From positions 960,001-1,024,000 of the forward strand of contig JBGAHS010000001.1 of assembly GCA_044226015.1 (NCBI GenBank): a stretch of 64,000 nucleotides of DNA, in the 5' to 3' direction. Shown in pieces: positions 1-9,470 of this stretch; position 1 is the first letter of the stretch; every line of letters begins with the position of its first letter. The notes beneath the pieces are model-generated. The model searched no databases. It had not been told where the DNA came from and saw nothing but the letters and a program-made list of their open reading frames with translations. A program made the translations under genes and the position numbers. Source of the stretch: Candidatus Obscuribacteraceae bacterium. Its GTDB lineage: Bacteria > Cyanobacteriota > Vampirovibrionia > Obscuribacterales > Obscuribacteraceae.

Positions 1-157
1 TCCTTAATCACCCCTAAAACACTTTCTTAACTGTCATAAGCTCAGACGATTACGACTTTTGCATCCTATTATCGAAATAGTTGATTTGCTGCAGTGGGCT
101 CTGCTGCAGTTTGTCCTGGCAAGAAGCTCGACATTCCCATCGAAAAAGGTGAAGTAG

Positions 158-1084
158 ATGAAACTAGCAATGGAACTGTCTTACAACCCGGTGTCTTTGG
201 CTTCTGCGTTAACTGCGGCAAAATTGGCGAAACTGGTTGCATTCCTGATCAGAACCTTTTCAATTGCTTTAGCGATTGTTTCTGTAGGAAGCTACATCGT
301 TTTGAGTCCACCAGTACTAACGTTGTTAGTGCCAGGATTGATCTTGTGTCCTCCGAAGAGCGCATCATCTGTACTTCAGATTACACATATCGATAATGTG
401 CCAATCGAGAACGTACAATTCGAATCAGCTAACAAGGCTAAGCTGCACGGCTGGTTCTTGCAGTCGCCAAATCCGAATGCCAAAGTGATGTTATTTTGTC
501 ACGGAAATGGAGGCACTATAGGGCATTGTAAGAGCACCTTTTCGCGCTGGCTGAAAGCCGGTGTTTCTGTTTTCGCTTTCGACTATCAAGGCTATGGTAA
601 AAGTTCAGGGAAAGCGATAATGTCGGAAGCTTTGAAAGATGGTGATGCTGCTTTCAGTTATTTGACAAATCAGAGGCATGTCCCAGCGAAAAACATATTG
701 GTGTTTGGTCAATCATTTGGCGGAGCGGTGGCATGTGATGTCGTCAAAAAACATGACTGCGCAGCCTTGGTAGTCGAGTCAAGTTTCTCAAGTTTGATGT
801 CTGTTGCCCAAAAGGACGTAGGCTTCTTCAATATGTATCCTTCATTTCTAACTCCAATTCCTGCCATGGATAATGCTTCAGTACTTGCTGCAAAACACCC
901 GCCACTTCTGTTGATTCATGGAACGAAGGATCGCCTAATTCCAGTCTCTGAAGCAGATAGAAACTTTGCCGTGGCAAGCGAACCGAAGGAGATTTTGTAT
1001 TTGAAAAATTCCGATCACGGAATGGTTCAGGAAGATTTTGAGACGTATCAGGAAGCCATCACTGATTTCGTGGCGAAACTCTAG
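158..1084 (+). CDS. Alpha/beta hydrolase (ABHD13/ABHD17-like) with N-terminal membrane anchor
   Basis: FCHGNGG oxyanion motif, DYQGYGKS, nucleophile elbow GQSFGG, IHGTKD and C-terminal His (SDH); hydrophobic N-terminus. Confidence 0.9.
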   Translation: MKLAMELSYNPVSLASALTAAKLAKLVAFLIRTFSIALAIVSVGSYIVLSPPVLTLLVPGLILCPPKSASSVLQITHIDNVPIENVQFESANKAKLHGWFLQSPNPNAKVMLFCHGNGGTIGHCKSTFSRWLKAGVSVFAFDYQGYGKSSGKAIMSEALKDGDAAFSYLTNQRHVPAKNILVFGQSFGGAVACDVVKKHDCAALVVESSFSSLMSVAQKDVGFFNMYPSFLTPIPAMDNASVLAAKHPPLLLIHGTKDRLIPVSEADRNFAVASEPKEILYLKNSDHGMVQEDFETYQEAITDFVAKL

Positions 1085-1095
1085 TCAGGGACAGC

Positions 1096-2313
1096 TTACT
1101 TCTTTGCCAGTTCGCTTAACGCCAGTTTTCTAGCGACTTCCAATGCCTGCTCCTGTGGAACCTGGATGTCTGGTTTAACTCCTGTTTGTTCCCAGTTCTT
1201 ATGTGTTCTCGGGTTGATTGACTGTGCGGTAGGCATGGCAACACCGAAATTGTCCGTTAGTCTAAATGCATAAGTTGGGTTTGCGCCACCACCTGTGACA
1301 CCGCCAATGACTTTAGCCCGTCCTAGTGATTGCAGATCGTATGCAAACTCTTCACCCGCGGAAAACGTTTGGTCGCTAGTTAACAAGTAAATCGGCTTTT
1401 GCGAACCGAACTTTTGCCCTATTGGTTCGCTTGTGACAAGACGCTCCTCTCTGTTGATGTTTCCTTCTCGCCAGTGGATGGAATTCACATGAGTACCTGC
1501 ATCGAGCAAATAGTTGAGAGTTCGAAGCACTGTATGTGGGTCGCCACCTGTGTTATCGCGCAAATCAATAATCAATGCACTCTTGTCCGACAGTTGGGAC
1601 ATTGCGGAATCGATTGCCTTTTTTGTTTCTGCTGCCGCTCGTGGATCTGCACTGTCATTGCTTGGAAAAAATCCGGTCAACCTCAAATAGCCAACATTTC
1701 CTTCCAATGTTTGCACGGACTCCACTCCAGAGCGCTCACAAGTCTGTTGACTGAGTTGCTTGTCTAGTACATCTTGAGGGGTCTTAGCAAAATCGGCAGG
1801 GAGAGTTTTGTTATCGAAAAATACGCCGAGGTGTTTGTCTGGAATAATCTTGTGAAGGTCTTCATTTATAGTTTTTACAAATTTTTCGGCACTTTCGATT
1901 GATGAATAGTCAGCTTGCTCTTTCTGTTGCAAAATACCCGCCGCCTTCTCTGCTGACGAAGGGTCTATGTAGCGAGACTTCAATTCTCGGGAAAGACTTT
2001 CGATAACAGAATGACGGGTTTGACCACTAATCTTAAAGTCTTGAGGCTTTTCCATAACTCCAATCCAACATGAAGCCGAAATTTCAGCTGCAGTCCGTCC
2101 CAAGTTTTGTTTCTCATCTGGGGCGGATCGGGAAGCCGGAATAATCAAATCACTCTCAGTTGAGACTTTTTCACTACGTGAAATATATGTCGGGGGCACC
2201 TGCTCTTTCAGATCGGGCAACAGTCCCTGCGAATCACTTCGATCAACATTTGCATGCTTGTCGATGTTTTTATTGGGAGCATCAGATCGTAGAGAATCGC
2301 TTCCCATGTACAA
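1096..2313 (-). CDS. S41 family peptidase with polar N-terminal extension
   Basis: GNVGYLRL, IIDLRDNTGG, TFSAGEEF, G(V)TGGGANP, NWEQTGVKPD motifs. Confidence 0.9.
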   Translation of the reverse strand: MYMGSDSLRSDAPNKNIDKHANVDRSDSQGLLPDLKEQVPPTYISRSEKVSTESDLIIPASRSAPDEKQNLGRTAAEISASCWIGVMEKPQDFKISGQTRHSVIESLSRELKSRYIDPSSAEKAAGILQQKEQADYSSIESAEKFVKTINEDLHKIIPDKHLGVFFDNKTLPADFAKTPQDVLDKQLSQQTCERSGVESVQTLEGNVGYLRLTGFFPSNDSADPRAAAETKKAIDSAMSQLSDKSALIIDLRDNTGGDPHTVLRTLNYLLDAGTHVNSIHWREGNINREERLVTSEPIGQKFGSQKPIYLLTSDQTFSAGEEFAYDLQSLGRAKVIGGVTGGGANPTYAFRLTDNFGVAMPTAQSINPRTHKNWEQTGVKPDIQVPQEQALEVARKLALSELAKK

Positions 2314-2573
2314 CCACCCGAATCGCCTTTTGTTTGCACCAGCCTGGTATCGTGCTTCAAGCGCTAGTTCTTCTATGACGCTTGGCCCATTAAACCTTAC
2401 AACTTAGTGTGTGAAAAAATCGTGAAATGAGTAGACTGAAGCGTTCCTTCCGTGAGCCGCGTCGGGCGCAGGAGAGGATCTAATTTGTTTCCCAGAGCTA
2501 AACAAGAAGCACTGGCTGAGTGGGAAATCAACCAATGCTCCTCATTTAATGGTGTTCCAATTGTCGTTCGTTA

Positions 2574-2660
2574 TGCAGGCAGACGGTAACCTTCTAGATT
2601 AGTACCATTGGTTCTTGCAGGCAGACGGTAACCTTCTAGATTAGTACCATTGGTTCTTGC
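2574..2660. repeat. Perfect 42-bp tandem duplication overlapping the 3' end of tpl
   Basis: tgcaggcagacggtaaccttctagattagtaccattggttct at 2574-2615 and again at 2616-2657, followed by tgc. Confidence 0.95.
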
Positions 2661-4078
2661 TGACAGCCGACAAAATTTAGCTCTAGTGTCTTCGGGTCGA
2701 TGGGCTCAAAATGTGCCTGGAAAAACCTCAGTGTTTCGGGCTCGAACGACATGCGTAGTCCTTTTATTTCGTTGCGCTTCTTAAAACAGTTTGATACCGA
2801 ATATGCCACTAGATCCATGTGGTTTTTTGTATATACTCGTCTAGGAATCGTCAAACGAACAAGTTCTAACTTCGGGTAGCGGTGTCTTCCCGTGTGGGGG
2901 TCTCGACCTGCTGATACAATGCCTCGCTCCATTGCGCGTATGCCTGATTCAACATACAAAGCTACGGTGAGTGCTTGTGCAGGAAACTCGTCCTGTGGAA
3001 CATGTGGCAGAAATGCTGCTGCGTCAATGTAAACTGCATGTCCTCCAGTTGGTTTGACTATCGGAATTCCTCGTTGCTCTAGTTGAGAAGCCAGGTAGCA
3101 GACCTGTCCGATGCGGGCATCTAAATGGGCATCTTCAACTGCTTCCTCAATTCCCCGAGCCATCGCTTCCATATCACGTCCAGCCAGGCCGCCATAGGTG
3201 TGCAATCCCTCGAACAAAACTGAAAGTTCGCATGCCTTTCGGTACAGAGATAGGTCATTCAACGCCAGAAAACCGCCAATGTTGACGAGAAGATCCTTCT
3301 TTCCTGACATGGTGCATGCATCAGTGAGTTCGCACATTGTTTTGAGAATCTCTGCACAAGACTTTCTCGTATAACCAGGTTCATTTCGTTGAATGAACCA
3401 GGCATTCTCAAGGGCTCGTGTTGCATCCAACACAACTTTTATGCCATTTTTTCTGCACAGATGGCTTACTTCCTTTAGATTCTCCAGCGAGAAGGGCTGT
3501 CCACCTGCCATGTTTACGCAAGCTTGCACATTGATGTATGGAATGTTGTTTGCTCCAACGTGTTCAATCAAATTTTCCAGTTTAGATATATCGACATTTC
3601 CCTTGAACGGATTCAAGCTGTTTGGATCGTGCGCATCATCCACAATCACATCAACAAATCTTGCGCCTGCAAGCTCTTGGTGTGCTCTGGTTGTTGTGAA
3701 ATACATGTTTCCTGGTACAGTGTCACCAGGCTTGATTAGAAGTTTGGAGATGATATGTTCGGCGCCTCTTCCTTGATGAGTCGGAAGCACAAACTTATAG
3801 CCATAATATTTTTGAACGTTCTCTTCCAGCTTGTAGAAATTCTTTGAGCCAGCGTAGGCTTCGTCACCGAGCATCATTCCAGACCACTGATAATCGCTCA
3901 TTGCTGCGGTTCCACTATCAGTTAGCAAGTCAATATAGATGTCTTCTGACTTGAGTAGAAATGTGTTGTAGTGAGCTAGGCTGATGGCGTGTTCTCTGTA
4001 CTCGCGAGTAGTTTGTTTAAGGGGTTCCACCATTTTGATTTTGTATGGTTCTACCCACGATGGCATGAAATCGTCCAT
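2636..4078 (-). CDS. tpl: Tyrosine phenol-lyase (PLP beta-eliminating lyase)
   Basis: IDLLTDSGT, GDEAYAGS, NMYFTTTR (Thr where tryptophanase has Asp), PLP-Lys motif MSGKKD.LVNIGG, MERGIVSAGR, LRFF. Confidence 0.88.
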   Translation of the reverse strand: MDDFMPSWVEPYKIKMVEPLKQTTREYREHAISLAHYNTFLLKSEDIYIDLLTDSGTAAMSDYQWSGMMLGDEAYAGSKNFYKLEENVQKYYGYKFVLPTHQGRGAEHIISKLLIKPGDTVPGNMYFTTTRAHQELAGARFVDVIVDDAHDPNSLNPFKGNVDISKLENLIEHVGANNIPYINVQACVNMAGGQPFSLENLKEVSHLCRKNGIKVVLDATRALENAWFIQRNEPGYTRKSCAEILKTMCELTDACTMSGKKDLLVNIGGFLALNDLSLYRKACELSVLFEGLHTYGGLAGRDMEAMARGIEEAVEDAHLDARIGQVCYLASQLEQRGIPIVKPTGGHAVYIDAAAFLPHVPQDEFPAQALTVALYVESGIRAMERGIVSAGRDPHTGRHRYPKLELVRLTIPRRVYTKNHMDLVAYSVSNCFKKRNEIKGLRMSFEPETLRFFQAHFEPIDPKTLELNFVGCQQEPMVLI

Positions 4079-4291
4079 GAATAACTCCTATTGACTCAAC
4101 TGGGCGTCGGCGGAAGTGCCTGCCTCTGGCTAGTATGCAGCTGCCTATTTTTGCCCACGACAAGGAAATCGAAAATCGTCCGCGCGGTGGTTTCTCTTTT
4201 GACACCACTGAGAAGTTGAGATTGAGTTCACATCTATTACTTTCGCATACGGCAATGTCGCAAAGTCATTCGCAGGTGTGACAGCTTTTTC

Positions 4292-5677
4292 TCAAATTAG
4301 AAACGGAATAAATCTCCAGGGAACCAACTTTGTATAAGCCCTGTAATTCTCATCTTTGAGCAGGTGTCTCTCTTCTGTGATGGCACGAAGATAGAATATT
4401 GACGTGACGAGAATCATGCCAAGCAAGGTCGTGGCTAGTTCTGTTCCACTTCTCTCGAGAATAAACGGAATTGTGCAAATCCACCAGCAAGTTATTTTAA
4501 TTGAATAAGCGGGGTGCCTTACAAAAGCATAAGGACCAGATGCAACTATTCCTCTGTTTGTCAGGTTCGAAAATGCCATGCCAAAACTCAGATTGCTCCA
4601 GGCATATAAAAACATGAGAACCATAAGTAGAGCAGTGGCAGCACACCATGCAAGTGGTGCGATGGTCAGCCATTGCTCTGGCCAGGCATATGTCGACACA
4701 GCGTCCGCGTAATGATCTACCATGCAAAATGGATGGTAGCAAATCAGTGTGACGAACCAACCCATCCATGATTTGTCGATTGAGCGAACTTCCGTGCCGA
4801 AAATGCGGCTTGCCGAAAGATAGCCAATGGCAGCAATTCCCGAGTCAACTGTGCAGAGAATTCGCAAAATTATCACGTATGCTACTGGCAATAACGTATA
4901 GAGATGATTGAACGAAAGAGAGGAGATAAGGCTCAGGCTATGTCTTTGTAAGTCCTGGAAATTTGTTATGAAGTAAACAAATAGCAATGTTCCGAAAAAC
5001 GATCTTAGCCAGGCACTGAGCAGCATATTTGAAAAACGATTGCCTGTTGCTGTGTTGAATGTGTGGATTTCGCCAAGATTCATCGAAAACAGAAGTGCCA
5101 TGTTCCGTTTCAACAAACCTGGAAAATCAAGCCAATCATCGTGTTCAAGAGAGCCTATTCCATTGCGCTCCCACAAACAAAAGTAACAAACAGAAATTGC
5201 TAGGGCTAAGGGGAAAGCTAGAAGAAACGCCGGAAAGACGGGCGCATAAAATAAATGAATAAGCAGCACAGGAATTGCCTGAACCAGGAACAAGATCATT
5301 ACCGAACTTGCACGTCGTAAAATTCGTTTGGCCGCTACTCTATCAATTTTTCTCGACTCAGAAAATGAAAAATGTGTTCTATAGCTCTTACAAACAAAAA
5401 GCTCTACCGCAGCCATAACGGTAAAAGAAATTGCAAGTACAAATATTGCATTTACCACTATCTCTGCCGCATTAAGTGAGCGATTTAAGAGAATTATTGA
5501 GCACGCTGTACTTGCAATTGTCGCAGCCCCTATTAGCCCCGTTAAAGTGCTCTTCCTGAATGTGTGATCGCTTACGCCCGGCGCCCCGGGCGAATTCGCA
5601 GCAGAGTCTGCCTCCGCTTGGTTGATTTGTGCCTTGCCGCTTGATGTGGCAAAGTCGGAAAAATAGCTTTCGGCCAT
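4292..5677 (-). CDS. Polytopic membrane protein with C-terminal isoprenylcysteine carboxyl methyltransferase (ICMT/PEMT-like) domain
   Basis: Many TM segments; FSNLTNRGIVASGPYAFVRHPAY, RAITEERHL, Y..Y...VPWRFIP. Confidence 0.85.
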   Translation of the reverse strand: MAESYFSDFATSSGKAQINQAEADSAANSPGAPGVSDHTFRKSTLTGLIGAATIASTACSIILLNRSLNAAEIVVNAIFVLAISFTVMAAVELFVCKSYRTHFSFSESRKIDRVAAKRILRRASSVMILFLVQAIPVLLIHLFYAPVFPAFLLAFPLALAISVCYFCLWERNGIGSLEHDDWLDFPGLLKRNMALLFSMNLGEIHTFNTATGNRFSNMLLSAWLRSFFGTLLFVYFITNFQDLQRHSLSLISSLSFNHLYTLLPVAYVIILRILCTVDSGIAAIGYLSASRIFGTEVRSIDKSWMGWFVTLICYHPFCMVDHYADAVSTYAWPEQWLTIAPLAWCAATALLMVLMFLYAWSNLSFGMAFSNLTNRGIVASGPYAFVRHPAYSIKITCWWICTIPFILERSGTELATTLLGMILVTSIFYLRAITEERHLLKDENYRAYTKLVPWRFIPFLI

Positions 5678-6070
5678 AGTAATTCGGGCTGTGGAAACTA
5701 AGAAGAGTACACTTATCTCTAACCTAGCACGCTTATCAAATTCAGGTTAGTGGCCTCATTGGTGACACCACTTGAGTCATTATTATTGAGGGTTTTCTAA
5801 TATCGGCAATTCTTGACTCCACATCTAGGATGATGAGGTTGAATTGACAAAACTATTCGGACGGTTGATGTCCGCAGGCGGCAAACAAGTTATCGTCTTA
5901 GTCGATGTTACTGCCCGCACTTACGTGCCCGAAGTGAATTACATCTGTTGTCAATTCGTACCTTCTACATAGTCTGGAAAAATCGATGATATCGCCTTTT
6001 ATTTTGAAAGGCGCTTTTCATATAGATATATCTGATTTAGGCGACTCCTTTGAATGGACCTGATTTGTAA

Positions 6071-6814
6071 GTGAACATGCAACAAGAGGATGAGGAAAAG
6101 CAAAAGCTTGAGTTTCAGTTCACCCTCCTACAAGAGAGGGAGGACTTTCTTTCTGTCATCAACCATAGACTCCGAACTCCTGTGCTTGCGAACAAACGCA
6201 CTGCCCAGCTGCTTCTTGATGGTGCCTTTGGACCCCTATCCGATGAGCAGCTGCGGGTTCTCGGGGCACTTCTTGAAAGTAACAATGAAATAGATCGGTT
6301 ACTTGGAATGCTGGTTGATCTCTACAAATACAAGAATTCGAACGGCGCATTGATAGTAAAAGAACATAGTCTAGACAGCGTCCTCTTGCCTATACAGAAG
6401 CTGCGAAGCAGAGCCGAGAACAGGCAGCTTTCGGTGGAAATTACTGTGCCGGCAGGCATTCGTGTTTTGGGGGACTCAAAGGAGCTGGCAAAGTTGTTAG
6501 CTCACCTTATCGAGAATGCAATAAAGTTCGCGAAAACGAAAGTCCTAATTTCGGCGAGCGTTGTGGACAATGGTGAACTTCAACTATCTATTGAGGATGA
6601 TGGAATCGGCATTGCAGGTGATGATCTGTCTCACATTTTCGAAAGATTCTATCTGATGTCTGCTAAGGGAAAATACTCTCCGATGACCGGTATAGGTCTG
6701 TGTTTATGCGCAGAAATTGCAAGAGCGCACAATGGACGGATGCACTGTGAAAGCCAGTTAGGAGTGGGAACCAAGTTCACGGTGGTTTTGCCTGGGGCAA
6801 AGTCCGCATCATAA
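6071..6814 (+). CDS. Soluble histidine kinase core (HisKA + HATPase) without sensor domain
   Basis: H-box NHRLRTP, N-box LIENAIKF, G1 IEDDGIGI, F-box IFERFY, G2 TGIGL, GVGTKF. Confidence 0.88.
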   Translation: MNMQQEDEEKQKLEFQFTLLQEREDFLSVINHRLRTPVLANKRTAQLLLDGAFGPLSDEQLRVLGALLESNNEIDRLLGMLVDLYKYKNSNGALIVKEHSLDSVLLPIQKLRSRAENRQLSVEITVPAGIRVLGDSKELAKLLAHLIENAIKFAKTKVLISASVVDNGELQLSIEDDGIGIAGDDLSHIFERFYLMSAKGKYSPMTGIGLCLCAEIARAHNGRMHCESQLGVGTKFTVVLPGAKSAS

Positions 6815-6936
6815 GCTCAGTCTCTGCTCACTTACTTGTTGGTCGTATATATTACTTTCTTGTTGCTCATCATTCTTTAGGCTAGGAGGCTTATTTATGC
6901 TCTTAGCTGATTTTTCTATAAGCTCGAATGTGTAAA

Positions 6937-6966
6937 AAGAGCACCACTCTATTTAATGGTGCTCTT
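6937..6966. terminator. Intrinsic terminator hairpin between the convergent kinase and acyl-CoA dehydrogenase genes
   Basis: aagagcacca...tggtgctctt 10-bp stem with a flanking A-tract (U-tract on the minus strand). Confidence 0.7.
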
Positions 6967-7053
6967 AAGAATCGATTCATTTCTCTGCTGCGGGCACTCG
7001 TTTGAGAGCCATCCAGGCTTAGAGATTGGATTTGCTCTCGATACGCAGCCTTG

Positions 7054-8196
7054 TTATTCGGCTAATAGTTGCTTGCTGATTATCAATCTTTGAATTTGGC
7101 TTGTGCCTTCATAGATTTGGAAGATTTTTGCATCACGCATGAGCTTTTCTACAGGATATTCGCGAGAATACCCGTATCCACCAAAAATTTGCACAGCATT
7201 CGTAGCCACGTTCATTGCTATGTCAGCGCCGAAAGCTTTAGCTATTGCCGCTTCTCTGGTGTTGCGCACTCCAGCATCGATAAGGCTTGCTGCTTTCCAG
7301 CACAGTAATCGAGCTGCTTCAATGTCTTTGTCCATATCTGCTAGCATGAAGCCGATGGCTTGATAGTTTCCGATTGGTTGCCCAAATGTTTTGCGTTCTC
7401 GGGCATATTTAACTGCATGATGCATAGCAGATTTTGCTAGTCCTACTGCTGCTGATGCTACAAGCGGGCGGGTATGGTCGAATGCTGCCATAGAAATTTT
7501 AAAGCCCTGACCTTCGCCACCCAAAAGGTTTTTTGCCGGAACTTTTACATCATCAAACGATAGGGAACGTGTGTCGCTAGCGCGCTGACCCATGTTCATT
7601 TCTTTCTTTCCAATGGTTATTCCTGGCGTATCTGCCTTCACAAGGAATGAAGACATGCCTTTGTGTCCTTGCGCTGGGTTGGTGTAAGCGAGCACGTAGT
7701 ACCAGTTCGCTACTCCAGCATTTGTGATCCACATCTTGTTTCCGTTCAGAATGTATTCATCGCCCACCTTCTTTGCGGTGGTTTTGATACCAGCCACATC
7801 AGAGCCGGCATCTGGTTCTGTAACGCAGTAAGCGGCAAAGAGCAATTCTTCTGTCATTGGAGTGAGAAACTCTTTCTTTTGCTCGTCTGAGCCTGCCACT
7901 ATGACTGGTGCCTCGGCGAGGTTGTTTGCCTCCATTGCAGTTCCGATGCCGGTGCATCCATATGCGATTTCTTCTGCAACCAGACACGAGTCAAAAACTC
8001 CCAATCCAAGGCCGCCATATTCTTCTGGAATATGACCATTCATGAGTCCAAGCTCCCAAGCCTTTTTGCAAATATCGCGGGGAAATTCACCTGTTTGATC
8101 GTGATGCGCAGCTTTTGGCGCAACTTCGCGTTCTGCGAATTCTCTAGCCAGGTTTTGAATTTGTTTTTGTTCGTCACTCAAAAGGAAATTGACCAT
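7054..8196 (-). CDS. Acyl-CoA dehydrogenase (MCAD-like)
   Basis: [57 protein letters not shown] (catalytic Glu). Confidence 0.95.
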   Translation of the reverse strand: MVNFLLSDEQKQIQNLAREFAEREVAPKAAHHDQTGEFPRDICKKAWELGLMNGHIPEEYGGLGLGVFDSCLVAEEIAYGCTGIGTAMEANNLAEAPVIVAGSDEQKKEFLTPMTEELLFAAYCVTEPDAGSDVAGIKTTAKKVGDEYILNGNKMWITNAGVANWYYVLAYTNPAQGHKGMSSFLVKADTPGITIGKKEMNMGQRASDTRSLSFDDVKVPAKNLLGGEGQGFKISMAAFDHTRPLVASAAVGLAKSAMHHAVKYARERKTFGQPIGNYQAIGFMLADMDKDIEAARLLCWKAASLIDAGVRNTREAAIAKAFGADIAMNVATNAVQIFGGYGYSREYPVEKLMRDAKIFQIYEGTSQIQRLIISKQLLAE

Positions 8197-8446
8197 GACA
8201 GCCTCCGCAGCGGGTACATAACTGATCGTATCTGTTATCTGAATGCTTATTCTCGTCCATAAGAATGAATTCTCAGAACTTTACTTCCAGTGTGCATGCA
8301 ACCTGTCAAGCTTGCTCTCTTTGTGTTGCTTGGCAACCCGCTTGCATTCCAATCTTCGGATTTCTAGCTTTTGTCAGAAACTCAGAAAGCTTGATTTGGC
8401 AAGTCATAAGCAGGTTCCAAAATTGTGTGTTAGCATCCTTTTGTGA

Positions 8447-9433
8447 TTGATTGAAGTCCAGTCCCATTGGCAGAAAGCTCAAGTTATGAAAGCACTTCTG
8501 CGGAACGTCGCTATTACCGCTTCTGGATTGCTTTGCCTGATTTCATTAGGTAGCTTTCTCGGAAAATATTCCTCTATTCTGGAACTCTTGAGTCATTTTC
8601 GTCTCGTGTATTGTTTGGCGTTTGTGCCATTTATTCTATTTTTGCTTTTTGCACGACGCTGGAGACTTTTTCTAATCGGCTTGATGGTGTTTTCTATTAA
8701 TCTGATTCCTGCAGTATCCTTGTTTTTTCCTCAAAAAAATTCCACAGTTGCTGGCGAGATCGCTGGGCATGTCCGTGTGCTGCAAATAAATCTTTGGGGA
8801 GACCGCAATCACGATACGCGGAATACACATGCAAAAGTACTTTCTTTAATCAGAAGAACTTCTCCAGACGTGATTGGATTCTCTGAAATAACACCAGCCT
8901 GGGAGCAGTTCTTCAAAGTAAATCTTCCAGATTACAAAAGCCAAATCGTGGAGAATCGATTTGGTGGAATTGCTCTGTTTAGCCGCCTAGAGACGGAAGC
9001 ATTGGAACTTTGCTATTTTGGAAATATGCATAGACCAAGAATCAAAGGCGTTTTGATTTGCAACGCTGTTAAGATTCGTTTTATGCTGGCTCATCCCTTG
9101 ATTCCTAGTATCGGATCTACTTCAAGAAACGATGAATTCACATTATGGGCGCAAGAGGCAAAATCTGGAGACGGACCGTTCTTTCTATTTGGTGATTTGA
9201 ATTGTAGTCCGTGGTCGCCTTATTTCGGTAAGCTATTGCAGGAAGGTGATTTACAAGATTCTGAACAGGGGTTTGGTCCGCAGCCTACCTGGAATGCATT
9301 CCTCTTGCTTCCATTTGTTCCGATTGATCATTGTTTGACAAATTCAAGAATTAGAACAGAGGAACGAAAAATCTGTGAATCAGTCGGCTCAGATCATTTA
9401 CCGGTTTTCGTTCAGCTGGGATTTTGTGAATGA
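8447..9433 (+). CDS. Membrane-anchored endonuclease/exonuclease/phosphatase (EEP) family protein
   Basis: Three N-terminal TM segments; PDVIGFSE, GDLN..PWS, PIDHCL, GSDHLPV; true start may be the downstream MKALL. Confidence 0.88.
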   Translation: MIEVQSHWQKAQVMKALLRNVAITASGLLCLISLGSFLGKYSSILELLSHFRLVYCLAFVPFILFLLFARRWRLFLIGLMVFSINLIPAVSLFFPQKNSTVAGEIAGHVRVLQINLWGDRNHDTRNTHAKVLSLIRRTSPDVIGFSEITPAWEQFFKVNLPDYKSQIVENRFGGIALFSRLETEALELCYFGNMHRPRIKGVLICNAVKIRFMLAHPLIPSIGSTSRNDEFTLWAQEAKSGDGPFFLFGDLNCSPWSPYFGKLLQEGDLQDSEQGFGPQPTWNAFLLLPFVPIDHCLTNSRIRTEERKICESVGSDHLPVFVQLGFCE

Positions 9434-9470
9434 TCCCGCTACAAATCACTATCCGAACAAACCTCATTTC

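Noticed and set aside
2574..2660. 42-bp repeat as a CRISPR array
   Set aside because: Only two abutting copies, no spacer, no cas genes, and it overlaps coding sequence.
2636..4078. Tryptophanase (tnaA)
   Set aside because: FTTTR, SGKKD and ERG..SAGR motifs match tyrosine phenol-lyase.
5780..6030. Short hairpins upstream of the kinase as a riboswitch or ncRNA
   Set aside because: Stems are short and no known aptamer consensus is recognisable; an Rfam scan would be needed.
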